This document shows positions 1 through 10,323 of a stretch of DNA of 64,000 nt, piece by piece. How positions within the stretch are numbered: position 1 is the first letter of the stretch; every line of letters starts with the position of its first letter. Position numbers and translations under genes: made by a program. Under the pieces are notes generated by a model. That model saw only the letters and a list, made by a program, of their open reading frames with translations. It did no database searches and was not told the origin of the DNA. The DNA is taken from positions 2,496,001-2,560,000 of the forward strand of contig CAVUAK010000001.1 of NCBI GenBank assembly GCA_963739455.1, read 5' to 3'. This DNA is from an uncultured Gemmatimonadales bacterium (GTDB lineage: Bacteria > Gemmatimonadota > Gemmatimonadetes > Gemmatimonadales > GWC2-71-9).

Positions 1-2
1 GC

Positions 3-140
3 GATGCGTATGTATCAGCGGGTGCCGGATTCGTCGTGGCACTCGCCGGAGACATCATGACCATGCCAGGTCTGTCCAAGACGCCGTCTGCGGAGAACAT
101 TCGCGTTCTCCCCGATGGCACTATCGAGGGATTGTTCTAA
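3..140 (+). CDS. fhs: formate--tetrahydrofolate ligase, C-terminal end (partial)
   Basis: Manual translation from position 3 gives [45 protein letters not shown], the typical FTHFS C-terminus. Confidence 0.9.
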   Translation, partial: DAYVSAGAGFVVALAGDIMTMPGLSKTPSAENIRVLPDGTIEGLF

Positions 141-523
141 TGCCGAGTCCAGTTCATACCGATGATGCGCCGGCGGCGATCGGGCCGTACAGCCAGGCCG
201 TCGTCTCCGGTGGGTTCGTCTTTACCGCCGGCCAGATCGCGCTCGACCCATCCACCATGCAGATCGTGCCCGGCGGAGTCGCCGAGCAGACCGACCGTGT
301 CATGCACAACCTCGCCGCCGTGCTCGAGGCCGCCGGCTCCGAGTTGTCGCGCGTGGTGAAGACCACCGTCTTCCTCATCGACATGGCCGACTTCGCCGCC
401 ATGAACGAGGTCTACGGTCGCCACTTCGGTGAGCATCGCCCGGCGCGTTCCACCGTCGCCGTCAGCGGCCTGCCGCGAAATGTCCGCGTCGAAATCGAGG
501 TCGTTGCACGTATCGGGGAATAG
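140..523 (+). CDS. ridA: RidA/YjgF family enamine/imine deaminase
   Basis: APAAIGPYSQAV, KTTVFL, PARSTVAV and VEIE motifs; TAATG overlap with fhs. Confidence 0.92.
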   Translation: MPSPVHTDDAPAAIGPYSQAVVSGGFVFTAGQIALDPSTMQIVPGGVAEQTDRVMHNLAAVLEAAGSELSRVVKTTVFLIDMADFAAMNEVYGRHFGEHRPARSTVAVSGLPRNVRVEIEVVARIGE

Positions 524-535
524 CCAGGGGGAACC

Positions 536-1369
536 ATGCGGCCGCGCTGCGGCACTCACACAATTGCGGGTCGTACCGGTCTTGGCGTGCTGCTCGGCAC
601 GCTGCTGCTCCTGGTGGGCGCAACGCCTGCCAACGCGCAAACCATCCTCCTCGTATTGCTCTTCGGCGACAAGGTAGCGAGCGAGAACCTCTTCTTCGCC
701 ATGAAGGTCGGCACCAACACCAGCACGCTGACCGGGATCAACGGCGCCTCGAGCATCTGGGCGTTCAACTACGGCATCCAGCTCAACATCCGGCTCGCAC
801 AGTCGGGGAAATGGTGGCTGATCCCCGAGTTTGCGCCGCTGTCGCCCAAGGGGGCTGAAGGCCCTGGGGCGGTTCCCGCCTACGTCCAGGGCAACCCCGA
901 GCTGGATGACCTGCTCAGCCGCACCACCAGCACCAGGACGCGCTTCCAGTTCCTCGACTTTCCCGTGGTGTTGTCCTACCGCCCGGCGGCGCAGTGGCGC
1001 ATCGGGGCCGGACCGTACCTGGCCTACCGCACGCGGGCGCACAGCGACTTCACCACCACCGCACCGCCGGTATCATCCGACATCGTCATCGACGTGAATT
1101 CGTCCCCCTACTATCAGCGGTGGGACCTGGGCGCCGTCGTGGAAGTGGGATTTTCTCCGTTCGGACCGTTGGTCCGGAACCGGCCCACGATCACCCTGCG
1201 CTACCAGTTTGGGTTTGTTGACCTGCTCAGGAACAACCCGGGGAACGCCATCATGAACCGGACGCTGCAGATCTCTGCTTCGTTCCCGTACACGGAACGC
1301 CCCGACAAGGACAAGGACACGGGTAAGGGCGAGGCTACCGACAGCACGGGCACGGCGACGGCGCCTTAG
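536..1369 (+). CDS. porin-family outer membrane beta-barrel protein
   Basis: Signal peptide; amphipathic strands FLDFPVVLSY, GAGPY, LRYQFG. Confidence 0.6.
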   Translation: MRPRCGTHTIAGRTGLGVLLGTLLLLVGATPANAQTILLVLLFGDKVASENLFFAMKVGTNTSTLTGINGASSIWAFNYGIQLNIRLAQSGKWWLIPEFAPLSPKGAEGPGAVPAYVQGNPELDDLLSRTTSTRTRFQFLDFPVVLSYRPAAQWRIGAGPYLAYRTRAHSDFTTTAPPVSSDIVIDVNSSPYYQRWDLGAVVEVGFSPFGPLVRNRPTITLRYQFGFVDLLRNNPGNAIMNRTLQISASFPYTERPDKDKDTGKGEATDSTGTATAP

Positions 1370-1445
1370 GACGCGCTAAGGGGGCATGCATTATGGATGC
1401 ACGCCCCCTCCTCCTCACGCCGTTGCAGTTCCCTGTTCCCTGCGG

Positions 1446-2267
1446 TTAGTGTCTCGGCCCCCGATGCCCGCCGGGCTCACCCGGTCCCCGCCGAAGGTAG
1501 CAGCCGGACTCGAGCTGCTCCGCCGTCAGCAGTGCACTGATCTGGCCTTGCAGCACCACCCGGGCCGCCCGCAACCTCTCCAGCGCTGGACGCACGCTCT
1601 CCCGGATCGTCCGGATACTGTCTTCCGTTGCCCCGGATGCACGCGCCTCCCGCTCCGCTTCGTGCGCTGCCTTCATCGCAGCAAGGTCCGCGGCATTCGC
1701 TGCCTCGAACGCCTGCACCAGCGAATCGATGCTCGCCTTCTGCTCCGCGGTGAGCGGCGCCACCGTGGAGTCGCATTCGCCGCAGGTGCGCGCCGACAGG
1801 TACGCCTTCTGTGCGTCCGTCAGCACCGCCTTGATGCTCGTTACCAGCGCCTGCTCCGCCGCCCGCAGCCGGTCGCGGATCGCTTCGCCCGACTCCAGGA
1901 TCGCATGAACCGAGTCCCGTGATGCCCCCGCTGCTCGCGCAGCCTCGGCGGCGGTCCGGATCGCGGCGAGTGAGTCCAGGTCGGCCTTGTTGGCGGAGGT
2001 GAAGGCGTCCACTAGCGCCGTGATGCTGGCCTGTTGCTCGGCGGTGAGTGCAAGGCTGTCGGGCAGCTCGTTGAGCCTCCACCCGAGGTGACCGAACCCG
2101 CCAATCCCGTCGGCCCCCACGCCACCCAGCCAGGCGCCGGCGCCGAAGGTGCCGATCACGGCGGCGTCGGCGTCGCTGGTAAGTGGGGCAGGGGACGACG
2201 TGGTGGAATCGTTTGAGCAGGCCGTCAGGGCGGCAGCAGCAGCGGCCGCCAGGAGCAATGTGCGCAT
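1446..2267 (-). CDS. helical lipoprotein with two Spy/CpxP-like repeats
   Basis: Lipobox LTAC; repeated LTAEQ..I motifs; start placed at MRTLL. Confidence 0.6.
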   Translation of the reverse strand: MRTLLLAAAAAAALTACSNDSTTSSPAPLTSDADAAVIGTFGAGAWLGGVGADGIGGFGHLGWRLNELPDSLALTAEQQASITALVDAFTSANKADLDSLAAIRTAAEAARAAGASRDSVHAILESGEAIRDRLRAAEQALVTSIKAVLTDAQKAYLSARTCGECDSTVAPLTAEQKASIDSLVQAFEAANAADLAAMKAAHEAEREARASGATEDSIRTIRESVRPALERLRAARVVLQGQISALLTAEQLESGCYLRRGPGEPGGHRGPRH

Positions 2268-2358
2268 CGGGATGGTGCCTCCGGACGTAGAAAGGTGCGT
2301 TCCTGCCCTATCTACGCCCGGGGCGCCAAATCGTTGGGCTCCTGTTCCCTGTTCCTTG

Positions 2359-3360
2359 TTACCTGTTCCCGCTGTCCTGGTCCCCTCCCGTCTCATCCCT
2401 CACACTCGCATGCCCGCCCGACGTCAGCACGTAACCGTGGATCACGCCGTCCGCGTCGAAGTAGCTCCCCACGATGTCTCGCTGCAGGTTGATCCCGATC
2501 GCCGTGCTGGCCGTCGCACCCGGATAGTCGATGTTCGTCAGTCGGCCGTGGCTCAGCAGGAACCCGTGCGTCGGCGACCCCGGCGCGATGCCGCAATCTT
2601 CTGGGTCATCACAGGAGACACCGACGATGTCCCCTCCCAGGTTGATGCCACCGTTGTCGGATGCCACCGGCTTCCCGTTGGGCAGCGGCACAGCCTTGTA
2701 CCGCCCGCGTGCCCACACGAACACCTGCTCCGTCCCGTCGCTCGTGGTGTAGCTGCCGACCACCTCGCCCAGCGCGTTGACCTTCCACGCATTCGTGGCG
2801 ACGGCGCCCGGGAACGAGAGCGTCGTGAACGTGCCCTGGTGGTACAGGAACCCCTGGAAGTTGTCGCACTCATCGGTGCAGTAGCGGCCGACGATGTCGC
2901 CCCACGCGTTGATCCCCAGCGCATTGGTGAACACCGATCCCGGCGGGTCGACGGTGGTGAACTGGCCGTTGTTCCGCATGTAGCCGTGCCGCGTGCCCGG
3001 GTCATCCGGGGTCGAGTACATCCCCACGATGTCGCCCTTGAGGTTGATCCCCGCCGCCACGGTGAAGGAGGCACCGGGAAAATCGATGGTGCTGAGCCCA
3101 CCCGCCTTCGAGCGCGTGAAGCCATGCGTCCCGTCGTCCGCCCGGTAGCGCCCCACGATCACGCCCAGGATGTTGATGTCGAGCGCAAGCGTGCCGCCGG
3201 TGGCGCCCGGCATGCTGATCGACGTGAACGTGCCTGTGCCTCGACTCTCGGCGACGGCAGCGTCGCTCGGCGCGGTCGGCGTCGTCGACGGGACGTCCGA
3301 GCATCCGAGCAGGGCGCCCGCCACTCCCGCCGCGAGTAGTGCCATCGAGAACCTTTTCAT
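2359..3360 (-). CDS. extracellular repeat (HAF-like beta-propeller) lipoprotein
   Basis: Lipobox LLGC; about 6 repeats of A.GIN..GDIVG.Y...HGF. Confidence 0.75.
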   Translation of the reverse strand: MKRFSMALLAAGVAGALLGCSDVPSTTPTAPSDAAVAESRGTGTFTSISMPGATGGTLALDINILGVIVGRYRADDGTHGFTRSKAGGLSTIDFPGASFTVAAGINLKGDIVGMYSTPDDPGTRHGYMRNNGQFTTVDPPGSVFTNALGINAWGDIVGRYCTDECDNFQGFLYHQGTFTTLSFPGAVATNAWKVNALGEVVGSYTTSDGTEQVFVWARGRYKAVPLPNGKPVASDNGGINLGGDIVGVSCDDPEDCGIAPGSPTHGFLLSHGRLTNIDYPGATASTAIGINLQRDIVGSYFDADGVIHGYVLTSGGHASVRDETGGDQDSGNR

Positions 3361-3505
3361 GGAGCCTCCCCGTATTTGCTCTTTTATCGGCGCTGGGCAT
3401 ATTGACCTGACCCGTGGTCACGGATCGACCCACTTGATAGCACGACAGAACGGGCCCGAACCCGACATCGCCTCCGCCTCACCCGGTGAGGGCGGGGGCT
3501 TGGTC

Positions 3506-4027
3506 GTGTCCAGCTCCGGCACCATGGTGCTCGATCAATTGCTCCCGGGGGTGTACCGCGAGCTCTGTCTCATCGCGCACCGGCACCTCGCGCGCGGCGC
3601 GCCCAGCGCAACGCTCGGCACGACGGAACTCGTGCACGAGGCGTATCTCAGGCTCGTCGATCAGTCCACCGCGCGATGGCACGATCGTGCCCACTTCTTT
3701 GCGCTCGCGTCGGTTGCCATGCGTCACATCCTGGTGGACCGCGCCCGTGCCCGCTCCGCCATGAAGCGTGGGGGGACACGCCGGAGCATCACCCTCGATG
3801 AAGACGTCATTGCGGCCGCCGATCAGGCCGATTCGCTGCTGGAGATCAACGAGGCGCTCGACGGACTGGCCCTCACCGATGCGCGTCTTGCCCGCGTGGT
3901 GGAATGCCGGTTCTTCGGCGGCATGTCTGAGGAGGAGATTGCGGTGGCCCTCGGCGTGACGGTGCGCACCGTCCAGCGCGACTGGGCCAAGGCGCGGATG
4001 CTCCTGCGCCGAATGCTGGGTAGTTGA
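3506..4027 (+). CDS. ECF sigma factor, kinase-associated type (TIGR02999/ECF43-like)
   Basis: TLGTTELVHEAYLRL, HFFALASVAMRHILVD, VVECRFFGG, TVQRDW; start approximate (3506 or 3524). Confidence 0.88.
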   Translation: MSSSGTMVLDQLLPGVYRELCLIAHRHLARGAPSATLGTTELVHEAYLRLVDQSTARWHDRAHFFALASVAMRHILVDRARARSAMKRGGTRRSITLDEDVIAAADQADSLLEINEALDGLALTDARLARVVECRFFGGMSEEEIAVALGVTVRTVQRDWAKARMLLRRMLGS

Positions 4028-4049
4028 CGCGCGACAGCGGACGCCTCCC

Positions 4050-6155
4050 GTGTCCTCGTCCTTCTCCCCCGAGCGATGGCGGCTGATCGAGCCCCTGATC
4101 GACGCCGCGACTGACCTCCCTCCCGCTGAGCGGCCCGCCTTCCTCGACACGGCCTGCCGCGGTGACACCAGGCTCCGCGCGGAACTGGAGCAGCTCCTCC
4201 TCGACTACGATCGCTCCGACACCCTCCTCGATCATCCCGCGGCGGAACGCTTTGCAACGCTGCTGGTGGCACCGGCGCCGCCACTGCCCGAGCTGGTGAA
4301 CGGCAACTTCCAGGTCGAGCGCAAGGTGGGGCAGGGCGGCATGGCGACCGTTTACCTCGCGCGCGATACCCGGCACGACCGCAACGTGGCCTTGAAGGTC
4401 ATGCATCCCGAGCTGGCGGCTGCCTTCCGCGGCGAGCAGTTCCTCGCCGAGATCAGGACCATGGCACAGCTGCATCATCCGCACATCCTGCCGCTCTTCG
4501 ATTCGGGCGAGGTGGACGGCCAGCTCTATTTCGTCATGCCGTTTGTCGAGGGGGAGACACTGCGGCAGCGGATCACGCGTGAGTCGCAGTTGGGACTCGG
4601 GGAGACGGTGCGCATTGCGCGCGAGGTCGCCAGTGCACTCGACCATGCCCACCGCCATGGCGTCGTGCACCGCGACATCAAGCCGGACAACATCCTGCTC
4701 GGCGAGGGTGGCGCCCAGGTGGCGGACTTCGGCATTGCGCTGGCCATCAGTGCGGCGTCGTCACGGAGCACCGAGGAACCCCGGCTGATCGCCGGCACCC
4801 CGCGCTACATGAGCCCGGAGCAGCTGTCGGGCAGCACGACCGTCGACAGCCGGGCCGACATCTATTCGCTCGGCATTCTCTGCTACGAAATGCTCGCGGG
4901 ACGCCCGCCCGTTCCTGCATCGGCGCCGCCTTCATTGCACCAGCAGCGGAGCGCCGTCCCCGCCGCCGCAGATGCAGTAGTCGCCCGGTCGCTGGCCACC
5001 CTGCCCGATGATCGCTACGCCACCGCCGGCGAGCTGGTCGACGCGCTGGACGCGGCGCTCAGCCGCCACGGCAGCCGCAGGACCAGGTGGGCAGGGGCGG
5101 CGCTCGTGGTCGGCGTACTCGCGCTGGCCGCAGTCGTGGGCGCGGGTCGGTTGCGGGGTCCGCGGACTCCCACATTGGCGGCAATTCTCCCCAGTCCCCA
5201 CCAGACGGAGAATGTGGCGGCGTACGACCTCTACCAGCGGGGACGCGACCAGGCCTGGTCCCGGAGCGATGGTGGTGCCCGGCGGGCGATCGAGTACTTC
5301 CAGCAGGCCATTCTCGCGGACTCGACCTACGCCGCGGCGTACGCCGAGCTCGCGCACATGTATGCCGTGGCGGTGCTGGGGAACAGTTCACCCGATCTCA
5401 CGCGCGCGCAGGCGGCGGCACGAGCCCAGGCAACCGCGCTCAAGGCCGTGGCGCTGGATGACAGTCTCGCGGACGCGCATGCCGAGCTCGGGTTCGTGAA
5501 CATGTTCGCCGCGTATGACCTGCGGTCAGTGGAGGACGAGTTGAAGCGCGCGGCAGCGCTCGATCCCGGGAGTGCCCGGCCGGAGCGCTATCTCGCAAAC
5601 TTCTACGAATGGACCGAGCGCCCGGTCGAGGCGCTGCAGGCCGCCCGTCGGGCGCGCGACCTGGACCCGCTCTCGGTGGAGGAGACCGCGGGCCTCGCCA
5701 TCGCGCTCTCCGATGCCCGACACGACGAGGAAGCGCTCGCCCAGTTGGCCAGCCTTCGTCAGGTGGTGCCCCCGGTCCGTCGCGTCTCCCAGCTGACGGG
5801 GCACGTCTATGTCATGATGGAAAGGTGGAACGAGGCACTCGACCAGTATCGTGACTGCTGTGGCGAGCAGAGCGGCTTCTTCGGTCGCACCCTGGCGCTG
5901 GCACGTCGCAGGGCGGAGGCACGGCAGGTCCTCGACAGTCTCCTCGCGCTCTCGGCGCGCGGTGACGGCGATGCCTTCGATGTCGCCATGGTATACGAGG
6001 GCCTCGGTGACTACGACCAGGCCTTTGAGTGGCTTGATCGCTCCTTCGATGACCACTCGGCGGGGCTCTACATCATGTCGCCAACCTTTGCGCGCCTTCG
6101 CGCCGATCCCCGGTTCGAGCGGGTCCGCGACCGCCTCAACGCCAAGGCACGCTGA
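4050..6155 (+). CDS. Ser/Thr protein kinase with TM segment and TPR domain
   Basis: GQGGMATVY, VALK, HRDIKPDN, DFG, GTPRYMSPE; C-terminal TPR-like helices. Confidence 0.92.
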   Translation: MSSSFSPERWRLIEPLIDAATDLPPAERPAFLDTACRGDTRLRAELEQLLLDYDRSDTLLDHPAAERFATLLVAPAPPLPELVNGNFQVERKVGQGGMATVYLARDTRHDRNVALKVMHPELAAAFRGEQFLAEIRTMAQLHHPHILPLFDSGEVDGQLYFVMPFVEGETLRQRITRESQLGLGETVRIAREVASALDHAHRHGVVHRDIKPDNILLGEGGAQVADFGIALAISAASSRSTEEPRLIAGTPRYMSPEQLSGSTTVDSRADIYSLGILCYEMLAGRPPVPASAPPSLHQQRSAVPAAADAVVARSLATLPDDRYATAGELVDALDAALSRHGSRRTRWAGAALVVGVLALAAVVGAGRLRGPRTPTLAAILPSPHQTENVAAYDLYQRGRDQAWSRSDGGARRAIEYFQQAILADSTYAAAYAELAHMYAVAVLGNSSPDLTRAQAAARAQATALKAVALDDSLADAHAELGFVNMFAAYDLRSVEDELKRAAALDPGSARPERYLANFYEWTERPVEALQAARRARDLDPLSVEETAGLAIALSDARHDEEALAQLASLRQVVPPVRRVSQLTGHVYVMMERWNEALDQYRDCCGEQSGFFGRTLALARRRAEARQVLDSLLALSARGDGDAFDVAMVYEGLGDYDQAFEWLDRSFDDHSAGLYIMSPTFARLRADPRFERVRDRLNAKAR

Positions 6156-6172
6156 TTGCCCTTTCAAGGGGC

Positions 6173-6520
6173 ATGAGCACTGTCCGGTATCGCGGATTCG
6201 ACATCATGTCACGGCCCTACGAGCTCGCGGAAACCGGCGAGTGGACCGTGGACCTCATTATTCGCCGAAATGAGCGTTTCAGGACGTTCAGTGTCAACGA
6301 ACGCTACGCCACGGTCGAGGAAGCGGATGCCCAGTGTGTGGGCCTCGGGCGGCGTATCATCGACAACCGGGTGAAGGGATGGTCCGTCGATGCGTTGCGC
6401 CAGGGCAACAGTCTCTGGAGCACCCTGACGCGCCTCCTGATCCACGAATCCCTGGGGCCCCTCATCGTTGTCCTCGCTGCCATCTTCGGGCTCGGCCGCG
6501 CCATCCTCCGCGTGCAGTAG
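6173..6520 (+). CDS. hypothetical protein with C-terminal TM helix
   Basis: ORF with upstream AAGGGG RBS. Confidence 0.55.
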   Translation: MSTVRYRGFDIMSRPYELAETGEWTVDLIIRRNERFRTFSVNERYATVEEADAQCVGLGRRIIDNRVKGWSVDALRQGNSLWSTLTRLLIHESLGPLIVVLAAIFGLGRAILRVQ

Positions 6521-6525
6521 CCCAT

Positions 6526-6567
6526 CGCCTACCGCTTACCGCCTACCGCCTAACGCCTAACGCCTAT
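6526..6567. repeat. heptamer tandem repeat (CGCCTA[A/C]) x6
   Basis: cgcctac cgcttac cgcctac cgcctaa cgcctaa cgcctat. Confidence 0.9.
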
Positions 6568-7037
6568 TGAACCTTCCCGATCGTCACTTGCTTCGCCAGC
6601 AGGTAGTACGTTCCCGACTCCAGCCGTAGCCGTAGCAGCACGTCGATCGGTTGCTCCGTGGGCCACTTGGGCCCGCCCCGCAGCATCAGGTCCAGTCCGT
6701 TCGTCACCTCCGGCCTCTGCTCATCACTTGGCGCCGTCGCCCACATGCCGTCCTTCGATCGCACCCAGGCCGAATCAACCGTCAGTCCCGCTGGCAGCGG
6801 GGTAGAGTTCACGCTCATCACCTGCACGCTCACCATCAACGGACTTCCCGTTCCATCGCCACCCACCTGCGGCATGTAGTCCCGCCACGCCGATGCATGA
6901 ATGCCCGCGCGCTTCCCCTCGATCGACACCACCGAATCAGCGTCGGACCAGCCCGCGTTGGCCGCACGCTTCTGTCCGCATGCGGGTTGTGCGAGGACCA
7001 GGGCGCAGAGGGCGGGGAAGAGCATCGATCTCGTCAT
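6564..7037 (-). CDS. hypothetical exported/lipoprotein
   Basis: Signal peptide with PAC; tightly packed with neighbours. Confidence 0.6.
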   Translation of the reverse strand: MTRSMLFPALCALVLAQPACGQKRAANAGWSDADSVVSIEGKRAGIHASAWRDYMPQVGGDGTGSPLMVSVQVMSVNSTPLPAGLTVDSAWVRSKDGMWATAPSDEQRPEVTNGLDLMLRGGPKWPTEQPIDVLLRLRLESGTYYLLAKQVTIGKVQ

Positions 7038-7043
7038 TGGTCT

Positions 7044-7403
7044 CTACTCCTTTACGATGCCGAGCGGTCGCCCGGTATTGCAGTCGAGCCTGAGCAGCTG
7101 GTGTTCGCCCACCCCATAGTGCCCGTCCGGCACCTTGTAGTCCGCCTGCCCGTTGTCGGCGCGGACCATCTTGATCGAGCTGTTGTCCCGCGGATCCCGC
7201 ATCGGCGTCAGGCACGCCCCGCCCGAAATCGTGTCGGTCGGGCTCAGTCGCCCGAAACCCTCCGGCGGCTCGAACTGCGCCGGCAGGTCGGTCCCCGCGC
7301 GCAGCGGCGCCGTGCTGGGGAAACCGGAGGAGCCGTTCGTCCCGCATCCGCAGATCAGGGTCAGTGACACCGCAAGCGCGAACCGCGATCGTGAAATGAT
7401 CAT
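7044..7403 (-). CDS. hypothetical lipoprotein
   Basis: Signal peptide ending ICGC; ATGA overlap with the upstream gene. Confidence 0.6.
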   Translation of the reverse strand: MIISRSRFALAVSLTLICGCGTNGSSGFPSTAPLRAGTDLPAQFEPPEGFGRLSPTDTISGGACLTPMRDPRDNSSIKMVRADNGQADYKVPDGHYGVGEHQLLRLDCNTGRPLGIVKE

Positions 7404-8017
7404 GCGACCCCCGCCACATGGTTGCGAATGATCTCCCGCACTTCCCCCGCATTCATCAGGAACGTGTGCCCCCGTTCCAGTCGTACCATCTCCGCCTCGG
7501 CGCCGGTCAACACTTCCGTCACCGCCACGATCCCGTCGTTGGGCTCCTCACCGAACGGACCCACGCCTGAAGGGAATCCCCGCGTGCCCACCACAACGGT
7601 GCAGGGCACCCTGGGCGACGGAATCGCCGCCATCCGCTCCGCGCTGCCCAGCATCTGGCCCGCGTCCCCATACAGCAACCGGTAGGGCACCCATGACCCG
7701 AATTGCTGTGCCAGCCGCGCCGCCCCCTGTGGCGATCCCACCAGCACCAGCCGCTCCGGTAACCTCACGCCGGCGCCAAGCTCATTGATCGCGAGACGCA
7801 GCAGCACTCCCCCCAGTGAGTGCCCCACCACCACATACGGCTCCTCCGATATCGCCGTCAACCGCTGCACCAGCCGGCTCACCATCCGCTCCACGCTCTC
7901 GACCGCCGACACGTACCCGAAGAACCTCGGCCGCATGCCGTCCGCCCTCAGGCCAAGTGCCAGCGAGGCCATCGAGAGCGGCGAACGGCCCATCCCGTGA
8001 ACCAGCAGCACCTGCAT
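7400..8017 (-). CDS. alpha/beta hydrolase (lipase/esterase-like)
   Basis: LVHGMG, GHSLGG nucleophile elbow, NDGIV, HTF. Confidence 0.85.
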   Translation of the reverse strand: MQVLLVHGMGRSPLSMASLALGLRADGMRPRFFGYVSAVESVERMVSRLVQRLTAISEEPYVVVGHSLGGVLLRLAINELGAGVRLPERLVLVGSPQGAARLAQQFGSWVPYRLLYGDAGQMLGSAERMAAIPSPRVPCTVVVGTRGFPSGVGPFGEEPNDGIVAVTEVLTGAEAEMVRLERGHTFLMNAGEVREIIRNHVAGVA

Positions 8018-8031
8018 TGAACGTGACGCCA

Positions 8032-8490
8032 CTAGAGGTCCTTCCGGAAACAGCGGATCACTTCCACCTCCTCGAATCCGAGTCCCGCATGTGCCGTGGC
8101 ACTGAGCATGTTGTCCGCGAGAGCATCCGAGCCGAATTCCGTGCACCCCAGCCCGCGCGCCCATTCCTCAGCCGCTTCCACCAGCGCGCGCCCGACGCCC
8201 TGCCGACGCCGCTCCGGCACCACATACCATCCCTCGAGGAAACCCACGGGACTCGTTTCACACCCCGGGGCATAGGCCCGTCGCGACAGCTCCGCGAACC
8301 CAACGATTCCCATCTCACTATCGACCGCTACGAGCACCGCCTCTGGCAGCAGCGCCGTGCCACCCACACCTCCCGTGAAGAACCGGTGCACCTCCGCCGC
8401 GTGCGCGTCGCCATCATCCGGCCACAACGCACCCCGCAGCACAATCCAATTCTCGGCGTCACCCGGTTCAACGACTCGCACCACGATCAT
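8032..8490 (-). CDS. aac(6'): GNAT acetyltransferase, AAC(6')-I-like
   Basis: LRGALWP, GCETSPVGFLEGWYV, EFGSDA..N..S..AH..LGF.E..CFRKDL. Confidence 0.8.
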   Translation of the reverse strand: MIVVRVVEPGDAENWIVLRGALWPDDGDAHAAEVHRFFTGGVGGTALLPEAVLVAVDSEMGIVGFAELSRRAYAPGCETSPVGFLEGWYVVPERRRQGVGRALVEAAEEWARGLGCTEFGSDALADNMLSATAHAGLGFEEVEVIRCFRKDL

Positions 8491-8503
8491 CTCGCTATCC
8501 TCA

Positions 8504-8543
8504 CGCCTAACGCCTAACGCCTAACGCCTCACGCCTCACGCCT
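8504..8543. repeat. heptamer tandem repeat (CGCCT[A/C]A) x5-6
   Basis: cgcctaa x3, cgcctca x2, cgcct. Confidence 0.9.
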
Positions 8544-8656
8544 GCTACTTTGGTTGCATGGCTCCCCAACCCCATGGCGGACATCCTTATCGGGCCGTAG
8601 AATGCTAATTGCACACTCGTAGGCGCAAGGCACTGCCACATACCGAGGAGCGACAC

Positions 8657-10205
8657 ATGGCTGCAAGGAACAACAAGGCCTCGAAGGACACCAAGGACGC
8701 CAAGCCGAGGAAGCCGAATGTCCTGGTCATGTGGGGCGACGACATCGGCCAGTCGAACCTCAGTTGCTACACCATGGGCCTGATGGGCTACAAGACGCCC
8801 AACATCGACCGCATCGCCAAGGAAGGCATGATCTTCACCGACTCCTATGCCGAGCAGAGCTGCACCGCCGGGCGCGCGTCGTTCATCACCGGCCAGTGCG
8901 GCCTGCGCACCGGCCTCACCAAGGTCGGTCTTCCCGGCGCGGAGCTGGGCCTCAAGGCCGAGGACATCACCATCGCCGAGGCGCTCAAGCCGCTCGGCTA
9001 TCGCACCGGCCAGTTCGGCAAGAACCATCTCGGCGACCGCGACGAGCATCTGCCGACGATGCACGGCTTCGACGAGTTCTTCGGCAACCTGTATCACCTG
9101 AACGCCGAGGAAGAGCCCGAGGAAGTCGACTATCCGAACGCGAAGGACTTCCCCGAGTTCAAGAAGAAGTACGGGCCGCGCGGCGTGCTGCACTGCTGGG
9201 CCGACGGCAAGGGCGGCCAGAAGATCGAGAACACCGGCCCGCTGACCAAGAAGCGGATGGAGACCGTGCGACGACGAGTTCCTCGCGGCGGCCAAGAAGT
9301 TCATCAAGGCCGCCCACGACGCCGGCGAGCCGTTCTTCGTCTGGTTCAACACCTCGCACATGCACGCCTGGACGCATGTGAAGCCGGAGAGCCGCGGCCA
9401 GTCCGGCCGCTGGCAGTCCGAGTACCACGACGTGATGATCGATCACGACAAGTGCATCGGCGAGATGCTCGACTTCCTGGACAAGCTCGGCATCGCCGAC
9501 AACACCTTCGTGCAGTACAGCACCGACAACGGGCCGCACATGAACACCTGGCCGGATGCCGGCACGACCCCGTTCCGCAACGAGAAGAACACGAGCTGGG
9601 AGGGCGCCTATCGCGTGCCCGTGCATGGTGCGCTTCCCCGGCAAGATCCGGCCGGCTCGGTATCGAACGAGATCATCAGCCACCAGGACTGGTTCCCCAC
9701 CATCCTGGCGGTCGCCGGCGATCCCGACATCGCGGAGAAGCTGAAGAAGGGCCACAAGATCGGCAAGACGACCTACAAGGTGCATCTCGACGGCTACAAC
9801 CTGCTTCCGCACCTCACCGGCAAGGAAGCCGAAGAGCCCGCGCAAGGGCTTCATCTACTTCACCGACGATGGCGACGTGGCGGCGCTGCGCTACGACAAC
9901 TGGAAGATGATGTTCATGGAGCAGCGTGTCGCCGGGCACGCTCAAGATCTGGCTGGAACCGTTCGTGCCGCTGCGCGCGCCGCTACATCTTCAATCTGCG
10001 GATGGACCCGTACGAGCACGCGCAGATCACGTCGAACACCTACTACGACTGGATGTTCCGGCACATCTACCTGCTGGTGCCGGCGCAGGCCATCGTCGCG
10101 GAGTTCCTGGCGACCTTCAAGGAGTTCCCGCCGCGGCAGAAGGCGGCGAGCTTCAGCCTCGACCAGGTGATCGAGAAGATGACCGCCGGCGCCACCGGCG
10201 GCTGA
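8657..10205 (+). CDS. arylsulfatase (split across frames, probably sequencing indels)
   Basis: [18 protein letters not shown] formylglycine motif, [29 protein letters not shown] across three frames. Confidence 0.88.
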
Positions 10206-10213
10206 GCAGGGAA

Positions 10214-10245
10214 GGGCACGGGGCGCACCACGCGCCCCGTCGCCC
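10214..10245 (+). terminator. GC-rich hairpin after the sulfatase
   Basis: gggcacggggcgc-acca-cgcgccccgtcgccc imperfect inverted repeat; no clear U-tract. Confidence 0.35.
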
Positions 10246-10278
10246 ATGCTGGCTTTCGGGCCGGGGCGGGTGGGGCCT

Positions 10279-10318
10279 TCAAGCCATCAAGTCTTCAAGT
10301 CCTCACGCCCTCAAGTCG
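10279..10318. repeat. octamer tandem repeat TCA(A/C)G(T/C)CN x5
   Basis: tcaagcca tcaagtct tcaagtcc tcacgccc tcaagtcg; related runs at 19220-19247 and 61035-61067. Confidence 0.75.
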
Positions 10319-10323
10319 GAAAG

